The position numbers and the translations under genes were made by a program. The notes under the pieces are model-generated. The model was not told the origin of the DNA. It worked only from the letters and a program-made list of their open reading frames with translations, and did no database searches. A DNA stretch of 64,000 nt, from positions 1,984,795-2,048,794 of the forward strand of contig NW_002060952.1 of the NCBI RefSeq assembly GCF_000150275.1, read 5' to 3'. Of the stretch, positions 39,630 to 52,243 are shown piece by piece (position 1 is the first letter of the stretch; each line of letters begins with the position of its first letter). This stretch comes from Trichoplax adhaerens. Taxonomy: Eukaryota; Animalia; Placozoa.

Positions 39630-42600
39630 TTATAGATTCGCTTTAGGACCTCCCTGCGGTAAAACAAGTCGCAATTTCAAAGCAACAGCCATATTGCCTG
39701 ATATCTTCAACTTTCCTCCCATGAAAGCCTAGATATGAATGAAATCATGACAGCATTAATTCAGAATAATAGCTTTCTCTAAGTTAATACTTAAGACATG
39801 ATATATCACCTAAACCTTACCATTTGAGGATTGAGTTTTCCAGTACTTAATTGCACGAAATCTTTATCGGCCATTGTAATAGTGCAATCAGTTTTACCTA
39901 ACGAAAAGGAAGACAATATAAGCATGAATCTACTTATTTTCAAAAATGACATACACAGTCTTAATTATATTAGTTTTACCTTCTTGTCCCTCGGTCAAGG
40001 AACCGCTTCCATCTTTGAGATTAAGTGTCCAAAACTTTGTGCCTTTCGATTTAATGTCAGTTATCTTGAAGCGAAACACTGCTTTAACTTTATTTACCAT
40101 AGACGGTCCATTCTATACCAATATATTGGTATTGATCGGACTTAGTATGTTTTACATAAAAGTGTTCATCAATAAACTAACAATGCAATCGACGATATAC
40201 CTTATCAACATTTTCTTTGATACGTTCAAATACGGTTTCAGAATTAATCGAATTTGCAGCAGTTGCCACAGTCGCGAGCCTAATGGGAAAAAATTGGTTA
40301 TTAATAAATATTCCGCGTTTACCTTTATAAATCCTTTACAGTAATATTTCAGACACAGAAGAAAGCAATTCTTTATGGTATCAATATAGTTCATACTGTG
40401 GGCTTTCATGAAAGCCACGTTGATAAAGTCCAACAACAACGGCTCCGCCCAATCCAATGTTATGCTGTAGAGCAGTTTTAGCATTAGGAACTTGTCTTTT
40501 ACCAGCCATATTACGTAACTGCCAACAGAGCTCAGCGCATTGTGCAAGTCCTATGCAACCACATAATATAACGGTTGAAATAAATACAAACTAATTCATT
40601 TAAAAACAACGTTCACGAATGATAAAATATCATTTTTACCGCTAGCCCCTAGTGGATGACCCTTTGATATTAAACCACCACTTGGATTGATGACATATTT
40701 ACCACCATAAGTATTATTACCAGATTCAACGAGATTAGCTCCTTCACCTGACAATAGAGTTAATTACAAGCAATTAGCATTACTGTATTCATCAAAATTA
40801 AAAAAATAGCTGTTATTAGTCCAACCTTCCGCACATAATCCAAGAGCTTCATATGAAATCAATTCATTAGCAGAGAAGCAATCATGTAACTCCACAACAT
40901 CAACATCTGTTGGCTTGATACCTGTTTTATATTATATTAAAAATATTACTGCAAACAGTTGTGATTGCAATAAAATATGGTAGAATAGTCCGAGAATAAG
41001 ATAGTTACCAGTAGCCGAATAGACGGAGTCAGCAGCGGCCTTTGTCATATCATAACCAACCTACCGTAGTAACAATATTTAATAAGGGAATTTAGCAAGT
41101 ACAGTCTTTCGTAGTTTAAACATTCTACAAATGTTTAAGCTATTGGCCATAAATAACTACAATAATATAGCAACTGCTGTAATATACTATACTATAAATA
41201 TTCCATAAAAGAAATGTAAGGTACCATTTTGATGCAGCTCTTTTCCTTAAATGTAGAACTAAAATCAGTTCTCATTTCCATTCCAACTATTTTTACGGCT
41301 TTATTCTGCAAATTATATTTTTGGACCATTTTTTCACTGCATAAAATAGCAGCAGCGCTACCGTCGGACGTTGGGCTTAAATCAAAACGACAGAGTTCGA
41401 TGGATAAGATCGACATGATGAAGCACTGATGCTTAATTTCAATTACGACAGTTAAAATATTTTCATTTCCTCACCAACACTGCAGTAATGTTAATGGAAA
41501 CTGAATCATTCTAGACTTCATAACTTCATCCACAGAGTAAACCGTTTTCATCTGCGAGTAACTACGATGGTGAAATATAATTACTTTACACAATATTACA
41601 TAGAAATAAGTATCAGCCACAGTCTCAACAATCCATCTAATAGACTTACGGGTTATTAGCAGAGTGACGGTGATTTTTTTCCGCAATTTTTCCAAAAACA
41701 TCAGCTTTAGTCCCTAAAATGATAATGTATAATCAACCTTAGAATGTAACAATAAGAAATAGTATTCTACCTATGACTCATTTAATTGTATCAATTACCG
41801 TATTTTTCCATGTGTTCACAAGCAGCTGCAGCAAACATTTGCGGAGCTAATGGCGCAGCTTGGATTCCGTAACAATCTGATAACACTTCAGCATGCTTAT
41901 CCAGCGGATTTGTACGATCGTTAAACTAAAATTGGATACGATATTAATATCGAGTGTAATACCATAATTAATTTTACTATCTACAATCATGTATATAGAT
42001 CGTTCTGAATACCATTTTGGAACCATTTGATACAGTATTATGCGATTACAGATTTTTAATATCACCCTTACGTGAGAGACTAGAGATCCTCTTTGCATTT
42101 TCTCAAAGCCCAGAGCAAGGGCACAATCACAGTTACCTGCAATTCAAAATATCCCATCATAATTTGTGCTTATAGTTGTGAAGACAATAATCTTGATCAG
42201 ATTAGTTCACCTCCTTCAATCAGCTGTTTAGCGAGAAATAGAGCCGTCGATCCTGTCGCACAATTATTATTGACATTGTATATAGGAATACCGGTTAAAC
42301 CAAGATTATAAACTGCTCGCTGACCACAGGTAGAATCTCCTAATAATAAATAATAATATTGCAAAATTTCAAAACGTTCTCATTTTATGTTATCAAGAAG
42401 TTATTGCGAATTTACGTTAATAATATACACGGCGACACTTTACTACGTATGCTCTTCAGTATTGCAATTACCCGGAATTTCGGGTAATTATCTGGGTATA
42501 TCAAAACCCCGGATGCAGTTATGACTCTTTACGAATAGCCGGAAGAAGTTCATTTTTAATAGCAATTATTAACAATTGCTTCAATTTTCGCAATCGAATG

Positions 42601-44121
42601 TACGCTATGTTCTATCACGAATATGTTAGAATTGAACTTGCACTTAACTAGGTAAAGTGTAATTTACCGTAAACATAGCCAACAACAGCTTGTTGAATAT
42701 CTTTATACGTTAAGCCAGCATCGGCTAGGGCGGCTTCACCTACGAGTATAGCAATTAATTTAGTATCAGGAAGAAAAAGATATGATCCGTGATTGTACAA
42801 AAGTTGGGTAAGCCCAAGTTTTCCTGAAAAAGGATCCAGCAGCAGTACAGTGTTTCGAATATTATTAGAAATAAAGCTACTGACTAACCAGCTTCTTTAG
42901 CCATATCAGGGTAATCATGAGTAGAAGAAGCAGACGGCTTGAGAAACTTTATACGAATAGATAAAAGTGAAATGTCAATTTATCAATTCATTTCTCTTCA
43001 GGAGATTAAATCATTGATAACACTGTTAACAGTAATCAATTTACTCAATTCTAGAGATGAAATTTGGCAATATCAATACAATTAAGACAGTGTCTAATGC
43101 TGTTAGATACTAAAGTAGACTTGATGCTGTTCATAGTAGCCGATTTACTCAATTTTAGAGAAGAAATTAATATCAAAATTTAGCATTCAGGCATGATACT
43201 ACTATTACCATTACTCGTATACTGTTGATAAAAAGTCTACCGATGGGGAGTGCAAGACATCAATGCAACCTGGAAGCATAAATAGTATTAAGACAGTGTC
43301 CATTTGCTAATAGAGTATTTCATCTTACATTAGAAGTTGCTGGAGTAGTCCAGAACTCTACCATTGCTATTTAACGTTGCGACGTTATTACTATTTACCA
43401 TTGTTGATAAAAGTCTACTGATGGGGAGTGCAACCGATGACTGCAACTTGGCAGCATCAATACTATTAAGACAGTGTCCACTGTTGTTTACTAATAAGGT
43501 ATTCAACTTCGCTTAGAAGTTGCTCGAGTAGTCCGCAACTCTACAATCACTCTTTATCGTTTGTAACGCTACTCCCTATTTTGCCATACTGTATAGTCAA
43601 AAACTCAGTCCTACTATTACCAGGAAATTTTACCTTAAAGCTAAGTAAGAGGAAGACTAAAAGTTTCAAGAAGAACATCTACGATAGGACGAAAAGACTC
43701 TCCTTGAACAAGATAGTACTAAGTACTATCCTCTACACATTCTAGTCTGAAGTATCATCGATTTAAGCTATACAACTGGATCGATTGGATGATTACTACT
43801 ATCCAATAAGTTTTTGCTTCAGAGCACCCTTGGCGTGCAATGTTGTTGTTTACGATGGAAATAATCATGCCATTATTGGCCATTGCCTATTGCAGTTTAA
43901 GCCTGATTTTATCAAGAAAGAGCGTCATCTCCTTTTACAGATCCACGACTACTTGCATAGAAATAACTGGATGGCCTATTTCAAGGCTCTATTAACTATG
44001 AACGGTAGTTTTAACAACCTATTACGTCTATCATGAGTAAAAGAAGTCATCTGGATCGCCTCCTTACCTTAACCAATCCCACCCCGACAACGTAAACAGC
44101 GCGTCTCTTTGCAGGCTCCAT
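39630..44121 (-). CDS. SCP2: Sterol carrier protein X (peroxisomal SCP2-type thiolase fused to an SCP2 domain), about 17 exons
   Basis: [18 protein letters not shown]|[14 protein letters not shown]; GDSTCGQRA; [10 protein letters not shown] (catalytic Cys); CCPTSDG; VELHDCF; [12 protein letters not shown]; [10 protein letters not shown]-terminal SCP2 domain [26 protein letters not shown] ending PKANL*. Confidence 0.96.
43020..43580. repeat. Degenerate tandem duplication (2-3 copies, about 180-200 bp) in SCPx intron 1
   Basis: ATTAAGACAGTGTC recurs at about 43081, 43287 and 43465. GATAAAA(A)GTCTAC..GATGGGGAGTGCAA and TTAGAAGTTGCT..AGTAGTCC are each present twice. Confidence 0.8.
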
Positions 44122-44687
44122 ACTATTGAATTTTGCTTCAATTTAGATCGTCTGTTAATATAGTAAAAGGGGTAGATATCGCAGCAATAGTTTCAACGTC
44201 GTTTTCCTCCAATAAATGATTCTAATGGTGGCCAAAAAGTCCAATTCGAGCCGTTTGATGGGCACTTTAGTTATTCCAATGGTGGCAGGCAGCAGTGGGC
44301 CAGTAAGCTTTTCCCTTCTCGATCGTCTTCCTCTTTTTCTTATACGCTCGATAGGCTTGGAACGGGCTGCGAGTCTCTACCCTGTTTTCATTACTATCGT
44401 TATAAACATATCCCAGCACCGCTCGATCGGAACTCCTTGATCGTATTGCCTAGTAGCCAACAATTTCATCATCATCTAGTCAAATATATCGACAGTATTA
44501 ATTGACGCAAGCACAAGAGTACTGGATGAATATTTGCACACCTTCACACTAAACTGTAGATTTTTCCCCCTTGTGATTTCTATTTCATACTTTATCATAT
44601 TTTATGAAATACTGTTAGAGATACTAATTATACGTGCAACTTTAGAAGCATTTGCAGCCCATGGAATAGCACGCAAGAAACGATATC

Positions 44688-45487
44688 ATGCAAATTCTTG
44701 AGATGCAACAACTCTTGCATCTGCTAGCCAGACTATACTGCACTAACGTGTAGCTCTAGAGTATGAAATCTAGTTATTTACTACTGCTTTTTGTCGTCCA
44801 AGACATGGAGACCATGGTGATATATCTGACGACTATCTCCTATGCAATAGTCGACTCAGAATCGCTTCCTTGTTCACAAGCAGAATATGCAAATTCTTGA
44901 AATGCAACAACAATTGCAAGAAGCTAGCCAGACTATAACGGCACTGATGTTTAGCTCTAGATTATGAAATCTAGTTATTTGCTACTGCATTTTGTCATCC
45001 AAGGCATGGAGACCATGATGGTATATCTGACGACTGTCTGCTATGCAATATTCGTCTCACAATTGCTTCGTTGTTCACAAACAGAACATGCAAATTCTTG
45101 AGATGCAACAACCATTGCAGAAGCTAGCCAGAGTATACTGCACTAACGTTTAGCTCTAGATTACGAAATCTAGTTATTTGCTACTGCATTTTGTCGTCCG
45201 TGACATGGAGACCATGATGATATATATCTGACAACTGTCTCCTATGCAATATTCGATTCAGAACTGCTTCGTTGTTCACGAGCAGAACATGCAAATTCTT
45301 GAAATGCAACAACTCTTGCACAAGCTAACCAGACTGTACTTCACTGACGTTTAGCTCTAGATTAAGAAATCTAGTTATTCGCTACTGCATTTTGTTGTCC
45401 ATGACATGGAGACCATGATGATATATCTTACGACTGCCTCCTATGCAATATTCGTCTCACAATTGCTTCGTTGTTCACAAGCAGAAC
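44688..45487. repeat. Tandem repeat, 4 copies of an about 200-bp unit, in the divergent SCPx/WDR63 intergenic region
   Basis: Units beginning ATGCAAATTCTTGA at 44688, 44887, 45088 and 45289, sharing GAAATCTAGTTATT, CATGGAGACCATG and CTATGCAATA blocks. Confidence 0.95.
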
Positions 45488-45908
45488 CGAGATCCCCACT
45501 GTTGGACTCAACAGCTTCTAACCTACAATAGTAAGAGGGTCTTTCTTTAGTTTGATCGTCGACTACACAAGCAGAATGAATATTAAATCGGATAGTCTGT
45601 AGCACAATTTTAAACTTTGATGTGTTTTCCACCGATCAGTATAGGTACTCAAACATGACTCTTTGTTACACGTCAATGACCACCATACTGCCGTTGTAAG
45701 GATTTAGAATGATTTCCAAATATTAAATAATGGCAGTTTGGTGGGTGACTACGCTATGATGTACCCAAACGGTCATGAAACGACTGGACTAATCAACTTA
45801 TTTCCATGTCGATCTGATCAACAAACTAAACACCTATCATGAATGGAACCCATAACCTTCTACTGTATGGACATGTTATTCACACATGCGTAGTCTTTCT
45901 CGAACCTC

Positions 45909-45922
45909 GTCTCCATAGTAAC
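45909..45922 (+). promoter_or_regulatory. RFX X-box motif upstream of a ciliary gene
   Basis: GTCTCC-AT-AGTAAC fits the X-box consensus GTHNYY-AT-RRNAAC. It lies about 135 bp before the WDR63 ATG, beside a probable 5'UTR exon/intron (GGG|GTAGAT..CCAG|). Confidence 0.7.
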
Positions 45923-46055
45923 ACAGGAGAGGGGTAGATTGTCAACGATCATTCTACTATATACGAAATTGGCTTGAATTTCTTGTTTTTAATGTACCAG
46001 GTTAAGAATTCATACAGCTACAGCAATTAATTGCAGTCGAATAAGCCTATCCATC

Positions 46056-49000
46056 ATGCCTGAAAAAGTTAAGGAAGAAAATAAATCACCGCCGGTTGAA
46101 AATGGCGATAACGACGCCGTAGAAGTAGTACCTCCACCAGAATGGATGATTCCATTATTTCTAACTTCATCGTCGCAAGCTATCTTTGAATGCAAAGTCG
46201 ATGAAGAAGTAACAGTCGAAAACCCAAATAAGTTCATCTCCAAAGAGAAGATATTGGAAGATATGAAAAATCGTTTAGCTATTTCTGATTTTCATCTTGT
46301 AAAAGATACTATTGAGGTAATACAATAATATTGTCGTAAAAGATTGTCATCAATTTTCAAGCCAAGCCTGATGATACAACACCCACAAGTAATGAAATCA
46401 GTGTTGTAGGCAATTAATAGCCTTCATTGCATCGCTTACATCTATGTTTCATTCGTACATTACTTTAAATCTATATAAAGTAATAAAGTTTACCCGACTA
46501 TTCTTAATAGCAACGACTTTATATCTTTTCCGTTTGATATGAACTGATATTTTACTAATATTTCTTCCATCTAGGAATATGAAGGAGAAGAAGTATTAAT
46601 AGTATACGATCCAGATTTCAAATATGGACAGAATTTTTTCCTTTGTAAAACCGAAGAAGCTAAAGAAAATTTTCTCAATGTAAAGATTGTTTTAGTCTCA
46701 ATCTATAAAATGCTATAAAGTCAAACTGTAACTATTGAACCCTCAAATACTGCTAAATATCCTTCTCTGCAGGCTGCAAACAACGAATTGGAAAATGATG
46801 CCGAGGAGGCAACCCCTTACGAACCTCGTAGACTGCGAACGCCTCGCCCGTGGTCAAGCTATGGTAGCGAATTAGAGATCGAAGAAGGGAATATTTGCCA
46901 AAGTCGGACCAGGGTGAGCAATCGGTCGTAAATTATAATTTGTTGTATAATATTGTAAAAATTCTTTTAGCCTCTGTCGTTTATAGTGTAATACATCATA
47001 ATTTCAGAAAAACTTCTGCCTATCCCGTGCACGCGCAAATTTTGGAAGTCCTCTTAATTTCACAGATCGTAACGTTACTGACGTTAAAGATGGCTATATT
47101 GAATGCTTACCTTATGACGATAAGACCCATAAGGTCAAAAAACTAGAACATGATGCCGGTATACAGGTAATATCGCGATATAATAGCCCAAGTTAACATT
47201 TTAGACAAGCAAATTTTTCTAATTTGACTGTAAATAGCTCACATGCAACTGAATCCATGTATTTATTCAATGCTTTAATACTTAGGCTGTGCCAATTGTC
47301 GACGACAGCTACAGTCAAACTATATGGTAATATTGAAGGCCACTAATTACTATAGCATAGTTTTATCTATTAATCTAAATAGTACTTAGTTAACGCTAGA
47401 CCTAACACGTTCAATTATCTTAATAAAGGCCAAAGCCGAGAAATGCCAATACTCAATATGTACCTCGGGAATTAGCTCCAGATGAAATTGAAGACATTCT
47501 AGATTCAGCAAAATTTAAAAAAACAATTGTAGAAGCTATGCCAAGGTAATTTTGAGTCATAAACTGGCTTTCTCGCAATAAGTTCACAAAAATATATCTG
47601 ACCACTTTAAAAACTGAATAATTACTAAAAGTTAACAATTCTTTTTATAGGCTCGAACTCGCACTACAGCAAAATCAAATTATGAATATCTTCTATGATG
47701 ATTATGCTGCTTTAACATCATCTGATGGTACTATCGTTAGTCAAAGCAACACAAATTTTAAGGTATGGAAAATCGTAGATATTCGTCTGATAGGACGAAT
47801 ATAAGTTGCATAAATATTACAGCGACTGTTGGTAAATTGTTTTATAATAAATACTTGAATGAATAAGGATCAGGAGTATAAGTGTCAATATCTTAATTTA
47901 CTATACCTTTGTCATTTTATTTCATAACCGAAAAATCCGCATAAGCTTTCTTGCCCAATTTAAATTAACTATCATATAATTACTAAAAATGAATAAGTAA
48001 TAATTTTAGCTTTAGCGTATGTTACTGAGAGATTAAAATTTAATGTGGCTAACTGTTTACACATTCGTACTCTTAATCTAGGAATTTCAATCCTTTACCG
48101 ACTTACAATTTAGTAAAGATAAACATATTACCTGCATTGATTGGCATCCTACTATAAAAGGTAGTTACGATTAGTGTTCAATCTTAATACTCTTTCACGT
48201 AATAAACAAATGTTATCAATTAGGTATTGTTGCTGTTTCCTGCGCTGAAAAATTATCATATTACGAACGGATTGAGCAATTTTCACGCTGTTTAATGACA
48301 TCATCATTGATATTAATATGGAGTTTTGCAGATCCTATTCACCCTCAGGTTCATATAAGGATGTATTAAAATAATGGAGACGGCTTGCTTTCTGTCATAG
48401 CAACTGAATTATGTTCCATTTCAGATTTTGATCTATGATTAATTATCATTGTACTAGTTAATGCTGGAAGCACCAGATGATATATTTTGCTTCAAATTTA
48501 ATCCGAGTGATCCAAATCTTGTTGCTGGTGGTTGTATTAACGGCCAGGTAACTAATAAATGCAAATATTAAAATTTAAATTGATTGATAATCGTTGTACC
48601 AGCAAAATGGTAATACGTAGATTATGTATTAATAACTAAATTCCGTAATATCAGGTGGTAATATGGGATATTACTGCGCACTCTGATCGATTGCAGCGTC
48701 GTGGATATCGTGGTAAAGCCAATGCTAAGAAAAACAGGAATACCATGAATTATTTGGTACATATTTGCATTTGAAATTTAATTATTAGAGTAGAGGCTTA
48801 ATTAGGTCCTACTGAATTTATTTCTAAATTGAAAGGATTAATCTTCCTAAATTGACCTAAAAGAGTAAAACTAGTCATTCTACTTCATGTTTATTCAGCC
48901 TGGATTTGATGATCAAGAACAATCGGAACATGCTCCTATCATCAAATATTGTGCAGTTTCTTCGATCGAAGCTAGTCATCGAGCAGCAATTACTGATTTG

Positions 49001-52000
49001 CAGTGGATACCTGAGCAAATTGAAATCGGTCGTCAAGGTATCGTTATCGAGAATAAATCACAACAATGCAACCAACTAATTACATGCTCACCTGACAAGT
49101 AAGAAAAATGCTAGCAATGACTATGATCATTTCTATGTATCTTTATAAATTGCTTTTCAATATTCTTAAAATATAACTTTCATTATCATTGTTATCCGTA
49201 TAGCTCTGTCTTGTTCTGGGATACAAGATCAAATAAACCGACAGCCAAAGACAAGGAAGATATATCACTGACCGCGGTTACGATGCGATTTAAATACCTT
49301 GATTTAAATTGGAAACCTATATTGAAGGTTCATTATAATATCAGGATATGCCATAAATAGTAGTATAATGAGCATTAGATTTAAACTGCAGTGGATCATG
49401 ACATCTTAAATACTATTCAGGTGTCATTAGCAAAATCGGAATCCATGAATGAACTGGGGCCTACTTGCTTTAGTATTTCCTCTCGACATCTTCGAAAGAG
49501 TAAGTTGTAATTGATTCCTTTAGTATAAAAGCTAATAAGTTTAATTATGATTAGTTAATAGATTAAATTCTGTAACTGAATACTATAATCGTAATTTCTG
49601 TACTTTTCTAACCTGCTCAGGTAAATCGCACCAACAAACTGCCCTACCTCCAGCTCCTAGCCCGCAGCGATTAGTCTCAGAGTATAGCAGTGCATCATTT
49701 CATTCACCTTCTCCGACAGCCACAAGCCGTGTAAGACCTCTAACATTGGATGGCGTTAACAGCAAATTCTTTATTGGTACCGAAGTAAGAGTTTTATTAC
49801 AGTCTATCAACATATAGTAGATTGCAGTAGATTCTTTGTCTACTTTGAATATGTGATTGAGCTTACTATCAGTATAGTAACTCGAGTAAACTAGGATTGA
49901 TCATTAAAATCGTCATAACTTATTAACTTATTATCAACTTAGGATGGACGATTAGTTTATATCGATTGGAAGATGGATAAAGATCCTGATACGGGAAAAT
50001 TAACTAGTAAGAATGAGCTGATCTCGCTCATACATTCTCTATAAACTGTTTTATTATGTGTTACATTTCAACTAAGCTCCAATAAACAAGCTAATTCTTG
50101 GGTCTTGAAATTTTTTAGCTGCTAAGCCGGATTATTACCTTAATGCACATGATAGCTACATTAATGTTGTTCAGCAATCGCCATTCTTCGATGGTATATA
50201 TCTTTCCGTTGGACCATGGCATTTTGCCATTTGGAAGGAAGGAATTACGGTAAAATGACATTGCAACGAATATTTGTAAAAATCTGTAATTATAGAAATT
50301 CTAATGAAAGGCAGAGCCATTTCATTGATTAATCTGGATTTATTTCATAGACTGGACCATTGCTCATTTCATCATCCTCGACGAAACGACTTACTTATGG
50401 CCACTGGAGCCCTACGCGTCCAAGTAGGTTTTCTATTCCAACATTAATTGTAACTCACGCCTTAAATATGATGCACCATGCAGTAGTATTTCTTTTAAAC
50501 TATCCATTTAACACAATATTATAAAGTCTTGCTGAAATCTTTCTAGTCATGTAAACAGCTTCGTACTCATTATATCAGAGTATGATATTTAAACAAAATA
50601 CAGTATGTACGTTTCATAGGTTGAAATAGCTTATTACTCGTAACAGCGAAATTTCATAAAAAATCTGAAAAAACCGTTTAATATCCATTTAGTTGAATAA
50701 TGTAGACTACGAGTCATTAAATGCGATCACATCACGAAAGCTGATTTTGTCCGATATATCGATTATACTACTAATATGATATCCAATCTTTAAAAGTTTG
50801 CAAAGCTTCTTTAATTTTTACGCGAAGAATATTAATCTGAAACTTTCAAATATCGAAATACTCAATTTATTGTAAATCAAAGAACCCACACTACTGCCAT
50901 TTAAAATTTGGCTTAATAATTACTCGTAGTTTAAACCTATGCGTCTAAACATTGAGACTGAATAATTTGTAGTTAGTAAAAGAGCTGATGTAAAGTCAGA
51001 TAAATATTGGAATTTAGTATTAATTTAAATTGAATTTATCTTCCTAGGTGTTATTTTTATTGGTAAAGTTGATGGAATGATTGATGTTTGGGATTTATTG
51101 GATAGGTTAGACATAGCTATGAAAGTAATTGCATAACATGTGGCTACTAGTGATAAAACACTGAAAAATGTTCTATCATCGATTTTACTCGAGTAATAAT
51201 GATGTCAATTTTAATGTGTAGATCGCATGAGCCTTCACTAGTTCAAGATATTTCGTCGGCATCAATCACCTACATCTACGCACATCAATTATCTTGTAAG
51301 TCTTCCTCTCTTATCCATTAGTAGATTATCGTATTCATAATACCAGATTTAAACATGAAAGAAATTAGATTCTATTTCCAGGATTGAATAAAAATCTTAG
51401 CACTGAAGTTCTATCATCTTTAAATTGAATATAGCTCGGCAGCAACTTTTAGCAGCGGGCGATAAAGAAGGAACCCTCAGAATTATGGAAGTACCATGGA
51501 ATCTCCATCATCCATCCAGTAATGAGGTTAGTAGATATCTTGTAACTTTTTCTCTTTTTCTCTCTTTATTCTAGTCATAGTTGTAGTTGAGATCAACTCT
51601 ATCGTCTATCAGTATCGTATCTTATTGTATATTTAGCATTAAATTGTACTAGCGAGGTCATATTAATTTTTCAATTACGGTTTGCCAGCGACTAACTATG
51701 GAAAATTTCCTGGATCGTGAAATAAAGAGATTAGAATATTCGCTTGATAGACAGGGAATTTTACTGGAAGAAAAACGCCAGCGTGAATCTGAAAAATCCA
51801 AAACAATAACGGTAAAATTCCATATTAAATTTCATATAACAAGTGATATGACTAAAAGTTAATCAAAGAATGTTCCCGTAGCTATGGACTAATAATGTAA
51901 AATATTAATGCATAACAGATGACTCACGCCAACCAGGAAAGTGATTATGAATGGGAACAGAAAGCTCAGAGGGTAAGTTAGTGATGACCGAGAGATCATA

Positions 52001-52243
52001 CAGTAGACCTCTCTATTTTATTATTTAATTAATTCGTAATGGCATTTAATGTTCACGCCAAATTCGACTCAAAATAAGTTAAAAATAGCGCTAATCACAG
52101 GCTAACTCGACTTCGTTACTATTTATCCATTGCAAATCAATTCTGCAATCTATTGGCAAATATTTCAGGAGTATGAAGAATATCTCACTGAAGAAAAGCA
52201 TTTCTTGGAGGATTTAGGTATCGAACTAAACGATAATGAATAA
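46056..52243 (+). CDS. WDR63: Axonemal inner-arm dynein intermediate chain WDR63/DNAI3 (IC140 orthologue), about 24 coding exons
   Basis: N-terminus PLFLTSSSQAIFECKVDEEVT..ISDFH..EYEGEEVLIVYDPDFKYGQNFFL is characteristic of WDR63. WD segments EFQSFTDLQFSKDK..WHP, DPIHPQLMLEAPDDIFCFKFNP..AGGCINGQVVIWDI, SSIEASHRAAITDLQW and WSPTRP. Stop at 52241-52243. Confidence 0.92.

Noticed and set aside
39831-40547. ORFs of 104-132 aa in the track
   Set aside because: Antisense or alternative frames overlapping SCPx exons.
44688-45487. CRISPR or coding repeat
   Set aside because: Whole 200-bp units are repeated, with no unique spacers and no long ORF.
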